The position numbers and the translations under genes are program-made. From Chiloscyllium plagiosum (taxonomy: Eukaryota): a stretch of DNA of 64,000 bases. The notes beneath the pieces are model-generated. The model searched no databases. It was given only the letters and a program-made list of their open reading frames with translations, and had not been told where the DNA came from. This document shows, piece after piece, positions 1 to 13,108 of the stretch; positions within the stretch are counted from its first letter, which is position 1, and every line of letters starts with the position of its first letter. The stretch spans positions 21,699,557 to 21,763,556 of the forward strand of contig NC_057719.1 in assembly GCF_004010195.1 (NCBI RefSeq), given 5' to 3'.

Positions 1-361
1 GGATTGGACATTCTGGAGGCAGGAAACATGTTTCCGCTGATGGGTGAGTACCGAACCTGAGGACACAGCTTAAAAATACGGGGTAGATCATTTAGGACAG
101 AGATGAGGAGAAACTTGTTCACCCAGAGAGTGGTGGCTGTGTGGAATGCTCTGCCCCAGAGGGCAGTGGAGGCCCAGTCTCTGGATTCATTTAAGAAAGA
201 GTTGGATAGAGCTCTCAAAGATAGTGGAATCAAGGGTTATGGAGATAAGGCAGGAACAGGATACAGATTAGGAATGATCAGCCATGATCATGTTGAATGG
301 CGGTGCAGGCTCGAAGGGTTAAATGGCCTACTCCTGCACCTATTGTCTATTGTCTATTGTC
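1..361 (+). mobile_element. CR1-clade LINE 3' end (ORF2 C-terminus, 3' UTR, short tandem tail)
   Basis: ORF 103..399 reads RRNLFTQRVVAVWNALPQRAVEAQSLDSFKKELD, the typical CR1 ORF2 C-terminus; ends in (TATTGTC)3. Confidence 0.9.
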
Positions 362-3300
362 CGAAGATCCTATGTGTTAGAATGCAATGCAAGTCATAAG
401 AGGCTGACAGATTTGAAGTCAGCGCAAAATGAGTGAGTGTTAAGAAAGCAAGGTAATATACATAAAGTAGATGGATAAAATGAACAGCTGTCCCTGTGAT
501 CAAAGCAACCTGACTGAAACATGCAAGGCATGAATGATCATATGCTCCAAAGCGAATGGCTGAATTTGTATATAAATTATACCAAAAGGAGTCTTAATGA
601 TCTAGTGAAGCTGGTGCTTTTCCTGAGCATAATTGTGTGGATAAAGGCTGGAAGAGGAAGATGTCCATGAAGCATGAAGGAAGATGGTGGTGAAGCTGCA
701 AGGTTTGATTGGACTCTTGTTGTATCTTCAAAACTGTTATGGAGAAAATGTCAAAAGCTTTTTTGCAGATTTGTGCCACTTGCTTGAGCTGACATTTGGA
801 AGTGTAATTTACGCCCAGAAAATTAACCTCAAGGTCCACTTTATTTGAGAGTATTGTGTGAGATGAAAACAGTATATTTTTGCACGGAACACAGATGGGA
901 GGAATAATGTTATTCAACTGTTAATTGCACTTGATCTTACCTTCATACCAAAAAGTGCTGATAAGCCTCTGTGCTAGAGGACTAACACAGCTAATGCTTT
1001 AATACAGGAAGTGATTACGACAGACGATGTATGAGGGTTGCATACTGATGGCAACGTATTTCTTATGCTTTTGGAAGTCTTTTTATGCCCATTTCTATTT
1101 CACCAAACTCTGAAAAAAGATAACATTCATCTGCAGGTGTGCTTCCAGCGAGAAAGGTTTTGCTTTTTGTGTGGCAGTAATGGGAAGCTCTTTGACCAGA
1201 GTGCCAGCATAAATTTCCCCAGTTAGGCAAAAATAATCTTTCATTAGCTTTGCTTCAAGATGATTGAAACCTTTCTGACTGAACTTTATAATTCAAAGAT
1301 AATGATAGCTGGTCAAGAGTTGTATAAAACCTTTTTAATTTGTCAGTGGAACATTTTCTTGTTACTGACTCAGAATTATCTAAGGCACAAGATGATACAA
1401 AGAGAAAGGAAGGTTTGGAGGGAGTGAAGTCTTCATCTATACTAAGCAACACCATTAGCAACGTCAAAAGGAATTGATGCTCACCCAGCATTCAGTCCAT
1501 TGTACCTGTGCCAGTCAACAAGTAGCCATGCAGCCTATCCACCTTTACTGCCATGATTCATAGCCTTCAAAGCACAACCACTTTCCATAAATCCACTGCA
1601 AACACTGGCACTTGCTCCAAGTGAAAAAGTGTTTCATGGTCCCCTTCTTTCACCCCAGCTTTCTCATTCCCAAAAGGCCTGGAGGTTTCTGGAAAGTACA
1701 AAGAGTTGGAAGGGTCTCTGAATACCAATATCCTTCCCAGCCTTCGTTCCAGAGGTCAAACCCACTTACCCAGGAGGGCTCTGTACATGCTCAGATACTA
1801 CTCTTCAATAGTTTTCAGCGAATGGGAAATACAGGCGCAGCAGTAAACCTTAACTAACTCCAGGTAGGTTTAAAAAATTCATTAACTTATTTCGAATCTA
1901 TGCACTGTGCTGTGAATTAAGATTCCTCGCCTGTCTTGGCCACAAGAAAATCGTCTGATTTTCAAAGAATATGAATATTATCACATTCATCAGGCTATGC
2001 ACAGATTATGAGTACACAAGTAGAGCAAAAATGAAATTTGGATTCAACCAATCTGATCTAATAATCTCATAAAGGAGCCTTTGGAAGTAATGCGCTGTGA
2101 TAAGTTCCAATGCCAATTTGAACATGCTTTAAAATGGAAAATTATGGAGCTCTTTCCCATTTGTTGGTGAAAAAAAGAATTGGTAGAGTGAATTAACAAT
2201 GTGATGATGCCAAGTGATGATAACTTCCCTCAGGTTAAATGGCAAAAACTTGCACCTAACAGTTCTGTGTATAATTAAAACAGAAATGTTATGGAATAAT
2301 GCACAGCATTTTATTTTACATTTTTAACCAATTGAGTTTGTGATGATCCTTGTGGTTTTATATTTTCAATAGCAACTCCAAATGTACATGGCGAAATGTG
2401 TATTGAATCAAAAAGACATCAAATTATGTAAATGAAGAAAAAGTCTGTGCAGAACATCAAATAATGTAACTGTTATTTTCCATTATTTAAATGATATAAA
2501 TATCTAAATTCAGATAATGGAATAAAATGCATCAAGTTCTGTAAAGCATCAGTCAATATTAATTTCCAGTAGGAAGGGGAGTATATCTAAGCCACAAAAT
2601 TAGAAAGGATAAAATTAAAACAGAAAGACAGAACAACACATTAGAAAAGGAAAGTGAATGAATAGTTAAAAAAAAACTAAACATCTTGTGAAGAACATCA
2701 CCAAATTAATGCAATAATCAAAATGTTTAGCTTAAGGAACACTAGCAATGGGATTCAATTCAACAAAAATCTCACTCAGAATCTGAATCTTTGCCAAGAT
2801 TCATGAACAAGAAGAAGATAGAAGTCTTGAGACAAAATAGAGCATCTGCAAAATATAAACCTTGTATTTACATCCAGCATAGATACACACAGAAAAATAC
2901 ATCTAACTGCCTGAGAACCCTTAACAAGCAACGATCGCTGTTTTGTCCAGAAACAATGACAGCAGAAGCTTACTTAAGCCCAGTTTGCATAACAAACTTT
3001 TTTGACACAAGTGAAGAGCTGAGTTATCTTAAAAAGAGAATTCCTTGTCATGTTCGACAAGAGAAAAAACTATGAATTTATACTGGGATTGTGAGTGTAA
3101 TCTTTGTGTAATATTTGTTTGTATATTTGGATTTTACATCAAAGTAGATTTGAACAATATGCATTTATCTCTAGGCTGTCCCATATACTGATTCATATTC
3201 CAACGTTTTGATCCATTGTAGCTTGGAATGTTTACAGGTTAATTGTTTTTCAGGAATTGAGGATGTATTTGCATTGTTCTGCTTGCTGTTGCAAATATGG

Positions 3301-3687
3301 CTAGAATTGACATTCTCCCTTGCCATTTGTTGTGTCTCCGGTCCCATTTAGAGTCTAGAGCTCCACAGCATGGAGACAAGGCCTTCAGTCCAAACTGGTC
3401 CATGCTGACCAAAATGGTCATCCACGCTAACCCCATTTTCCTGCACTTGGCCCATATTCCTCTAAACTTTTGCTATTCATGTATTTTCCAAATGCCATTT
3501 AAATGTTGTTAATGTTCCACTTCCGCTGGCACTCATTCCATATGCATATAACTCTCTTTGTAAAAAAGTTACCTCTCAGGTTTCTTTTTATTCTTTCCCC
3601 TCTAATCTTAAACTGATGCCCTCTCATCCTCAATTCCCCAACCCTGGGAAAAAGACGAGTGCATTCACTCTATCCATGCCTCATGAT

Positions 3688-4334
3688 TGTTATGGACTAG
3701 GCCAGATCACACAAAATCTTCTCAAACAAGCAGCCCAGACCATAACTTTGCAATTTATTTTGATAAGTGTACAGTGAAAATTATCCAGATTAAGTTAGCG
3801 AGGTTGACTACCAAGTTTTAAAACAGACAAGCATTTATTCACAAAATTATGGAATGAAACACAAAAAACAGAATAAAGAATACACATAGAACTCAAATTA
3901 TCCCAAACTAGACTTAATTATGCTGGTCCGAATATGGACAACAGTGCTAATAAACAAACCCCCTAAACACAGAGCAAAAAATAGAACAAAGGCTTACAGG
4001 TCGAAGTTAGAAGGGCTGAAGGAGAGAGAGTCTAACAGCCTGTTTCCGCACAGCCCACTGCTGAACTGCTAACCAAGTTCTGAACTGAACTGCTCAGCTA
4101 GAGAGCTACCACATCTCCTTGACTTATACAGGTTACTTGTAAAAACATAAAAGCTTTGGCCTAAAGTCTCATCCGTTTACATATAAACAAAAAAGCCTGT
4201 CAGCATTCTTTTATCTTTGTACCAAACTCAGCCGTTTCGGAGCCCGGAGTGTTTTAGACCCCTCTTAAAAATTCAAGGACACGGTATCCTTGAGAAAAGG
4301 TGTTCTTTTAGAAAAAAGGACCAGCTTTGTGACA
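3688..4334 (-). mobile_element. Solo LTR, 647 bp (Gypsy-like by TSD length)
   Basis: Begins TGTTA, ends TGACA; flanked by 4-bp TSD TGAT (3684-3687 and 4335-4338); CR1 sequence resumes colinearly on both sides. Strand inferred from minus-strand TATA-like and AATAAA motifs. Confidence 0.8.
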
Positions 4335-5547
4335 TGATCTTATACATTTCTATAAGATTCCTCCTCAGTCTCCTACGCTGTAAAGAAAAAAGTCCTAGCT
4401 TGTTCAACTTCTCCCTATAACTTAGACCCTGGCAATATCCTTGTAAATTTCTTCTGCAATCTTTCCAGTTTAATAACATCCTTCCTATAGCAAGATGACC
4501 AAAACTGAAAACAATACACCAAGTGCAGCCTCCAACTTCTATACTCAATGCCCTGACTGATGAAGGCCAGTGTGTCAAAAGCCTTCTTCACTGCCCTGTC
4601 TACCTGTGACTCCACTTTCAGAGAACTGTGCACCTGAACTCCAAAGTCCCTCTGTTCCACTAAACCTCTTAAGGCCCTAACACTCACCATGGAACTCCAA
4701 CCTTGATTTGACTTTCCAAAATTCAACACTTTACACATCTATATTAAACTCCATTTGCCATTTCTCAGCCCACTTCCCCAGCTGACCAAGGTCCTGCTGC
4801 AATTTTTGATAATCTTCCTCACTGTCCACAATATCCCCTATTTTAATATTATCTGCAAACTTACTAATTATGCCTTGCACATTCTCATCCAAATCATTGG
4901 TATGCATAGCACACAGCACTGACCCCTGAGGCACACCACTAGTCATAGACGTCCAGTCCGACAAGCCTTCGTCCCACCCTCTGCTTCCTTCCATCAAGCC
5001 AGTTGCGTACCCAATTTGCCAGCTGTCCTAAGATTCCATGCGATCTAACCTTCCAGAGCAACCTACCATGTGGAATCTTATCAAAGGCCTTATTGAAATC
5101 CATAATGCCCTGCCCTCATTCAACCTTCCTGGTCACTTCATCAAAGAAATCTAAGGAATTTGTGATGCATGAACTCTCATGCACAAAGCCATGCTGACTA
5201 CTCCTAATCAAACCCAGTCTTTCCAAATGCATGTGTATCTTATCCTTCACAATCTTCTCAAGTAAGTTACCTACCACAGATGTTAGGCTTACTGGTTTAT
5301 AGTTCACAGGTTTTTCTTTGCAGCCCTTCTTGAGTAAGGGCACAACATTCGCTACCCTCCAGTCTTCCATGGCCTCACCCATGGCTAAAAATGAAGCAGA
5401 AATATCAGCCAGGAACCCCACAATTTCTTATCTATCCACTTGTAGTGTTTTTGGATATATCTGGTCAGGACCAGGAGATTTATCCATCTTCATACATTCT
5501 AACACATCCAACACCTCCTCGACTGTGATATGGGCTGTCACCAAAGC

Positions 5548-5676
5548 TTCCTGGTTAAGTGCTTTTGCTTGAAACGTCGATTCTCCTGCTACTTGGATGC
5601 TGACTGACCTGCTGTGCTTTTCCAGCACCACACTTTTGACTCTGATCTCGAGCATCTGCAGTCCTCACTTTCGCTC
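5548..5676 (+). mobile_element. PLE family A terminal fragment, decayed hammerhead
   Basis: GAAACGTCGATTCTCCTGCT...GCATCTGCAGTCCTCACTTTC matches the other family A copies; interrupts the CR1. Confidence 0.8.
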
Positions 5677-5978
5677 TGTCCTCAAGATGTCACCACTAAC
5701 TTCCCCAAGTTCCCAAGTCTCCACGGTAAACACAAAGGAGACATATTCATTGAGGAGCTTACTCATCTCCTGTGGTTCTACACATAATGTCCACTTCAGT
5801 CCTTGAGTGTCCTATTCTGCCCTTGGTTATTCCTTTTCCTTTAAGATACTTAAATAATCTCTTTAGATTTACCCTGACCTTCTCAGCCAAAGCAATGTCA
5901 TGCCCCCTTTTCATCTTCCTCATCATCATTTTCAGTAAACTCCTGTATCCCTGATATATCTCCAAGGATTAATCAACT

Positions 5979-6110
5979 AGAAAAAACTGAGGACTGCAGA
6001 TGCTGGAGATCAGAGTCAAAGAGAGTGTTGCTGGAAAAGCACAGCTGGTCAGGCAGCATCCGAGGAGCAGGCGAATCGACGTTTCGGGCATAAGCCCTTC
6101 ATCAGGAATT
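5979..6110 (-). mobile_element. PLE family A terminal fragment
   Basis: Reverse complement of the family A tail with an intact hammerhead core; interrupts the CR1. Confidence 0.85.
6074..6109 (-). ncRNA. Minimal type I hammerhead ribozyme motif
   Basis: Minus strand TTC-CTGATGA-A-GGGC-TTAT-GCCC-GAAA-C-GTC-GATT: core boxes, 4-bp helix II, ACGT helix III palindrome, GUC triplet. Confidence 0.8.
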
Positions 6111-7664
6111 CATCCTTGATCCCAGCTGCCTATACCTGAGCCATACCTCCTTCTTTTTTCTGGTCAAAGCCTCAATACCTCTGGTCATCCAGGGTTTCCT
6201 ATTTCTGCCAACCTTGCCCTCTCCCTTGCAGGAACACATAGACATTGAACTCTAGTTATCTCATATTTAAAGGACTCCCACTTGCCGGAGGTCCCTTTGC
6301 CTGCAAACAAACTACTCTAATCAACCCCCTGCAAGCTCCTATCTAATTCCATCAAAATTCACCTTGTCCCAATTTAGAACTTGAACCTGTGGACCAGTTT
6401 TTGTCCCTCTCCATAACTATTTTAAAATTAATAGAACTATGGTCACTGGTCCCAAACTGCTCCCCCACTGTCACCTCTGTCACCTGTCCTGGCCTATTTC
6501 CCAACAGTAGGTTGAGTTTTGCCCCTTCCAGAGTAGGACCCTCAATATACTGCTTGAGAAAACTTTCCTGAATACACTTAACAAATTCTAGCCTATCTAA
6601 GCCCTTAACGCTATGGCAGTTCCAGTCTATGTTAGGAAAATTTAAATCACCCACTATGACGACCCTATTGCTCCTGCAAATCTCCCTAGTCTCCCCGAAT
6701 ATTTATTTGTATACTACCCATTGACTATTTGTGGGCCTATACTACGACCCCAATAATGTCACCATTCCCTTCTTTTTTCCTAACTCCACTACGAAGTCTC
6801 ACTGAATGATCCCTTAGTCATTTCATTTCTGACTACTGCTGTGATACTTCCCTGAATCAAAAATGCAACTCCCCCTCCCCTCTTTCTTTCACCTCTGTCC
6901 CACCTAAGCACCTCCACCCTGGCACATTAAGCTGCCAATCTTTTCCCTTCCTTAGCAATGCTTCAGTAATGGCTATAATATCCCAGTCCCATGTACCTAT
7001 CCACACCCTGAGTTCATCAGCCTTACCTGCCAGCCCTTTTGCGTTAAAATACATGCAATTTAACCCAACAGGCATTCCTTGCTCCCTATTGTGTTCCAGC
7101 CTGACCTATCTCTTCAACTTGCTATTTCTAATTTAATATTCCATATTGGGATACACTACACTGTTAAAATTATTTGCTTCTGCAGCCATTTTCTTTTAGA
7201 AATCTGAAATACCCATTCCTGAGGTAAGAAGGGATTAAAATGAGACAGTTGCAATTTATGCCACTTTATTGAAACCACAATTATTCAATACATTCCCGAG
7301 GCAGGAACGTGTAGCAGTATTTTGGGTCAGCCACTTTGTTCAAAAGGACATATGTTACAGCCACTCAAAGTCACAGAAAACTTTGCGGCAAACTCCCGGA
7401 CCAGTTAAAAGTGGTTTAAGACCAGGGCAATCTTGCACTCAATATCCTGAAAACCCTGTTTAGGTATCAGATTAGGAGCTTAATCAATGTTAAGGAGGAT
7501 TTCACTTTCTGCATCTTAATGCTACACATTGACTCATTGAACAAGTGCATGGACTACAATATGGAGGCCTGGTATTGTGGGATTGTGGGATTTTGCCTCT
7601 TTGTCCTATTAGTAGCATTGTGCAAGTGTCAGCACCGCACCATGTTCAGAAAACCAGTGTGACC

Positions 7665-7748
7665 ACCACCAGCTTCTCAGAGCAGCAGGTGGTGGGCAAT
7701 AAATAGGGCATTGTCAACATTGCAGGCATCAAGTGAGCATATGAAAAG
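7665..7748 (+). mobile_element. L2/SINE-type 3' tail relic
   Basis: CCACCACCAGCTTCTCAG...GGGCAATAAAT resembles the tails at 42185-42250 and, reversed, at 48390-48470. Confidence 0.45.
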
Positions 7749-8204
7749 AAGTGAATCAGCACATATCCAACTCAAAACACTTGACAATGAGTTTCGTTAC
7801 CTTGAAGTTGCTTTCAGCTAAGCAAATTATAGCCACGGCTAATGACCATCAATGTACCTATGCACAAGCAAAAATGTCATCACTCATTTTCACACAAGAT
7901 AAATATTTGAGTCAAATGCAAAACAATAGTAACATCAAAGTATGGCTTGCGGTGTGTTATGTTCAGCTCATTGAGACCTTCAAAACATATTTCCACAACT
8001 TTACATTCCAGATCTATTGACATACCTTTGTTTCAATTTGAAAGGATTTAACACTGGGATTGTACTGCGGGTGGCAGGAATTTATTTTTCCTAATTTCCT
8101 CATTCATAATGATTTGTCATCAAACACTGTATTTTTCTCCCCCAGCTTGAATTATTTTACAAACTTTTGTGCTGGTCCTAAACCTGTGCAATTTGGATTT
8201 TGCA

Positions 8205-8415
8205 GTTTGCATTTATGTAGCACCTTTTACATAGTAAAACCTTCCAAGATGCTTCACAGAAGCATTATTGATCAAATTTGGATGTGGAGTTACCGAAGGA
8301 GATATTATGATAAAGCAGCTAAAAGGTTCTGAAGAAAGGGGGAACTTAAGGTGCAATGTTAACAATGAAAGAGAGATAGAGTTGAAGAGTTTTAAGGGGG
8401 CATTCCAAAATAGTA
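8205..8415 (-). mobile_element. L2-like LINE 3' relic
   Basis: TTGCATTTATGTAGCACCTTT...GCTTCACAG is the reverse complement of the tail type seen at about 41830-41900 and 54060-54140. Confidence 0.55.
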
Positions 8416-10183
8416 GGCGTATTTCCTTGTTCTTACATCTGGGTTTATTGGATCATAGTACATGTGCAATATTGGGACATGAAGCTCAATTGGCTGTCAG
8501 GAAACCTGCCTGAAATTTTGTCCATTTTCCCTCTATGTGCTACATATAGGTGATCCATTCCATCCAGTTGTCAAGGTGTTTTAGAATCCATGTTGTGTTC
8601 TGGAATGAAGGGAAATGGAGTGCGACTCCCTCTTCTGAAGGTGACTCAACTTTGTTTGTAATTCTCTAGCAGGTCAGGCTGAGATCAAAGTTATTTTGCA
8701 CTGTTGTTTCTGTACCGTTAGTGAAGGTAGATTGAAAAGTATGAATGAAGCACCTGGAGTAGTTGATTGCAAAACCTTCCCAATGAGCAAGTAGTAAATT
8801 CCATTCTCTAATAGCAGCAGTATGAAGTGAAACCACCTCTTCCACAGAGTGAAAATTTGGACGCAGTGTGTAATAAGTGGCCAATCCACCTCCACCAAAG
8901 TATACGATAACCTCCACTATGGATTAATGTAGCTCAATGGGATTATATTTAAAACTCACACAGAGACCACTTTCACCCATCCTTGCCTGCACAAAGAATC
9001 ATTTTGGATAGTTGCACATAACTATTTCTATGGAGGCAAAATGTAAGACGCAATAGGTTCAAGCACAAAAAGATGTGGAGGTGATACAAAATGATTGTTT
9101 CCAACAAATAAAGAATTTATATCATGGGACTGAACATATTTGAAGAGCACTGTGCAAGGAAGTTCAGACTTCATTAACAATACATTGCTGTAACATGTGA
9201 TTTGATTACTCAACCTTTTGGATAATTTATTAGATAAACCTCACTGCAAAGAAAGGAAGACAAGCCCTGAATGATTTCTTTTTCTGCCGGAGGCTTTTTC
9301 CAAGTTCGTGACGAAATTGTTCAATCTTAAATCATGTGAAAAGCTTTAGAAGCCTTCATGACGCATTCTTCGCACTTTATAAATTTTGTCAAAAGGAGCA
9401 CAACGAAAACCAGTTGTCAGGACAGGAGAAATGATAAACATGAGACTATGTTCCAGAAAGAATTGGGTGCGGTCAGCAGCACATACACCGAGAGAACTGA
9501 CCTCTCTCTGCAAATTCAGTGTCATGATCAAAAGCAATTAGTCTTGTTTGGCAGATAGTTAATTTGCTGTAAATATTGTAACTTTATAGTTATGGTCAAA
9601 AAGGATAGGTAACTCCAATGTGGAGACTAGGAAACTAAATACACAGGCACATATGGGCTATTTTTATCAGGCCTCTAGAAACTGGAGGGAGGGGGGCAGT
9701 GGCAGTGACCTGACCTTTAAAAAGCTGAAGATACACATGATTGGGTGATTTCCTAACATCTGTGCTAAACAATACTGTGATTCTACTTTCAGCCTCTGGT
9801 TTTGGACTTTTACACAAATGGAAGGAATTCTCCATATCAACTCTTATCAAAACCTTACTTTAAGACAGTCCATACAACCTTTGACCAAGCTTTTTTGCAG
9901 GGAGAGGTTTGTTAGCATGGCCACATTTCTGGTTTTGTTGACATCAATGAAAAACAGTCTGTGACATTGTTTGGCCCCCGGAAATTGATGTAAATGTGTG
10001 TGGTACTGCTAGAAATGGCACTATGTGAACACATTTCTCTCCTCAGTCATCTGCCCTATCTGCTTATGCAGGTTGGTGTCAATTTTTTTTCCCGAAACAT
10101 TCCTGCTAAAATGCCTGGGGATATTTTACTGTGTTTAATATATTTTATAAATTTAAATTTTCGTCATTGTTGTTAAAAGCAAA

Positions 10184-10289
10184 ATGTATGCAATGTATTT
10201 CATTTTGTGCATTAACTTGCACTTGGGAAATAAAGAACTGTGTCAGCAAAAAAAAAAGCAAATATTTATTTGTATTTTGTTGCTTTTAG
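10184..10289 (+). terminator. Candidate cleavage/polyadenylation site
   Basis: Two TGTA motifs, AATAAA at 10229-10234, CA plus A10 at 10247-10257, then T/GT-rich TATTTATTTGTATTTTGTTG. Confidence 0.35.
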
Positions 10290-10519
10290 CTCCATGCATT
10301 TATTTTCTCCGCTGTGAAGGTCTCATTTTGGCAGACTCACATTGTTTATTTCCCCTATAATTGGCACAGCAAACTTGCAGCCAACAAAGTCGAAGGATTG
10401 AAATCCCTTTGAGGTTTCCTGCTGTGCCTTCTGATTTAAATGGAGGAATCAAGTTCAGGTATAATGTCATTGAAGCATTACTGTTGTACCCATCATTGAG
10501 TAGACAAGAAAAATGCTGT

Positions 10520-10608
10520 GCACACCTGAAATCTGAAGTAGACACAGAAAATGTTCGAAATACGCAGCAGGTCTGGCAGCAACTGTGAAGAAATGAGCGA
10601 AGTTAATT
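10520..10608 (-). mobile_element. PLE family D terminal fragment, decayed
   Basis: GAAATCTGAAGTAGACACAGAAAATG...GCAGCAGGTCTGGCAGC matches 13883-13990 and 61891-61990. Confidence 0.55.
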
Positions 10609-10884
10609 GGGTGGATTTTCAAAAGGTTGCAGGAGGCTGTTTGGGTTGGGAAACAAGGTTACTGCCAAACAAGGGCCATTGAGCTCATTAAAAGATTGTT
10701 TATAGTGGGCCTGCCAAAGATTGCACTTCTGAAATGTTTTCCGGCTAGATCAAACAGTCTTGTGCGTGTTGATACACAGCTTTGAGGTTCACAGTAGAGC
10801 AACTGTAACACTGATCTGCAATTGTTTTCAAACTTACTTTGCTTCTACCCCTATCACACAGGTCTGTGCTCAGCCGCATTCCAC

Positions 10885-11430
10885 ATTCAATTCTAGTCTC
10901 CCTGCTGTAAGAAGGATGTTGTGAAACTTGAAATGGTGCCGAAAAGATTTACAAGGATGTTGTCCGGGTTGGAGCATTTTAGCTAAATGGGAAAAACTGA
11001 ATAAGACTGGGGGTTCTCTCCTTGGAGCATCAGAGGCAGAGGGGTGACTTATAGAGGTGTACAAAATCATAAGGGGCATGGATAGGGTAAATAGACAAGG
11101 ACTTTTCCCCGGGGGGGGATTCCAAAACTATAGGGCATAGGTTTAGGGTGAGAGGGGAAAGATTTAAAAGGGACTCAAGGGGTAATTTTTTCACTCAGTG
11201 GGTGGTGCATGTATGGAATGCGCTGCCAGAGGAAGTGGTGGAGGCTGATACAATTACATTAGTTAAAAGGCATCCAAATGGGTATATGAATAGCAAGGGT
11301 TTAACAGGATATGGGCCAAATGCTGACCAATGGGACAAGATTAAGTTGGGATATCTGTTTGGCATGGATGAGTTGGACCGAAGGGTCTGTTTCCGTGCTG
11401 TACAACTTTATGACTCTATGACTCCATATC
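10885..11430 (+). mobile_element. CR1 LINE 3' fragment
   Basis: ORF 11148..11444 RGERFKRDSRGNFFTQWVVHVWNALPEEVVEA; tail TATGACTCTATGACTC. Confidence 0.9.
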
Positions 11431-11444
11431 AAGGAGCTGGCTAA

Positions 11445-11735
11445 TTTAGATTAAAATTGATTCCCTATAGTGTTGGTAACAGGCCATTTGGTCCAACAAG
11501 TCCACACCAATCCTCCGAAGAGTAACCAATCCAGACCCATTTCCCTCTGACTGATGCACCTAACACTATGGGCAATTTAGCATGGCCAATTCACCTGACC
11601 TGCACATCTTTGGACTGTGAGAGGAAACTGGAGCACCCAGAGGAAACCCACACAGACAGTCACCGGAGGCTGGAATCAAACCTAGGTCCCTGGCGTTGTG
11701 AGGCAGCAGTGCTAACCACTGATCTTCTGTGCCAC
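11445..11735 (-). mobile_element. HE1-like tRNA-derived SINE
   Basis: Colinear with the cleaner copy at 16306-16615 (tRNA-like head, central domain, CR1-like tail). Confidence 0.85.
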
Positions 11736-11739
11736 ACCA

Positions 11740-12467
11740 CAGCAAGCGCAGACTCCCTCTAATACACAAGCTCTCTCGCATGCGCACACACAATGCACCC
11801 TCCGCACTCACACCTATGCACGCATCCTCTCAAAAAGGCTTATATCCCCTCACACTCATACACATACTTGACCAAGCTTATGCACACATACACACAGTCT
11901 TTCACATGCACTCACAACCACATGCACACACTCACGTACACACATCCACTCTGTCTCTCCTGCACGCACACACACAGAAACTTATGGGGTGGGTTTGTAG
12001 CTGCAGAATTACTTTTTTTTTGCTCAAAACTGCATAAATCCATATAGGATTCTGAAAGGCCCACTTTGGGAATAAAATTGACTTAACATTAGGACAGACT
12101 TTAAGTTCACACCCTTAATACATTGTCTGAGCTAAGATGACACCTATTGTTAGATAAACTGAAGCCACCTTGAGAATGTAATTTAAAAGGAGTTTTCGAA
12201 TTTACATACCCCATCCTTAATCTAAGCATATCCCATCCTTAATCTAAGGCTTAATCTAAGTTTGTTTAATATATCATTACAATTCCATGACACTGTAACC
12301 CTTTTGCTATAAATTCTGTGTCTTCTGGTTCTGTTCCATAACCACCTAATGAAGGGGCAGTGCCTCAAAAGCTAGTTTTTCCAAATAAACCTGTTGGATT
12401 ATAACCTGGTGTTGTGTGATTTTTAACTTTGTCCATGCCATTCCAACACTGGCCCCTCCAAACCATG
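11740..12467 (+). mobile_element. PLE family B 3' region with CA-rich tract and decayed hammerhead
   Basis: Degenerate (CA)n at about 11780-11975; CACCTAATGAAGGGGCAGTGCCTCAAAAGCTAG (mutated core) followed by the family B tail CCAAATAAACCTGTTGGATTATAACCTGGTGTTGTGTG. The 5' limit is uncertain. Confidence 0.65.
12210..12260. repeat. Short local tandem duplication
   Basis: CCCATCCTTAATCTAAG at 12210-12226 and 12232-12248, plus CTTAATCTAAG at 12250-12260. Confidence 0.85.
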
Positions 12468-12760
12468 GGTGAATACACAGACACCACACCATTTATGACA
12501 TTACTATACTTCATAGTTGGTCCATAGTTCTCCAACTTGTAAGTAACCTGCTCCCCACTGTTAGAGTGTCCTCTTAGATATACACCTGCAGTAAAACCAT
12601 CAATAAAAGACATTTAAAGAAAGATAATAATACTCACCAAATTGGCCAATCTTCCTTAATCCACGCCATTTCAAGCCTGTCTTCTGTGGACTTTTGTTTT
12701 GCTCAGTGCTCCTATGTAGTTTTTCCCCAGTAACTGCAGCATCATTGATTTAAGGCATAT

Positions 12761-13108
12761 GATTTAGATTTAGAATCACTACAGTGTGGAAACAGGCCCT
12801 TCGGCCCAACAAGTCAACATCAACCCTCCAAAGAATAACCCACTCAGACCTATTCCCCTACCCTATATTTACCCCTGAGTAATTTACCCAACCTACACAT
12901 CCCTGAACTCTATGGGCAATTTAGCATGGCCAAATCACCTGACCTGCACATCTTTGGGTCGTGGGAGGAAACCGGAGCACCCGGAGGAAACTCACACAGA
13001 CACTGGGAGAATGTGCATACTCCACACTGACAGTCACTCGAGGCTGGAATTGAATCCGGATCCCTGGTGCTGTGACACAGCAGTGCTAACCACTGAGCCA
13101 CCGTGCTA
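12761..13108 (-). mobile_element. HE1-like tRNA-derived SINE
   Basis: Head GCACGGTGGCTCAGTGGTTAGCACTGCTG on the minus strand; same body and tail as the other copies. Confidence 0.9.

Larger units (their letters stand above)
3348..7130 (-). mobile_element. 5'-truncated, decayed CR1 LINE (ORF2 AP endonuclease + RT), interrupted by a solo LTR and two PLE fragments
   Basis: Minus-strand fragments in colinear order: CMYFNAKGLAGKADEL/DIIAITE and MGDLNFPNIDW/SDH (APE), [41 protein letters not shown] (RT); many frameshifts and stops. Confidence 0.93.

Noticed and set aside
11729..12047. His/Thr-rich ORFs
   Set aside because: They are translations of a degenerate (CA)n tract.
12632..12730. Minus-strand exon ending at TTG|GTGAGT
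   Set aside because: No convincing acceptor and an unrecognised peptide, wedged between repeats.
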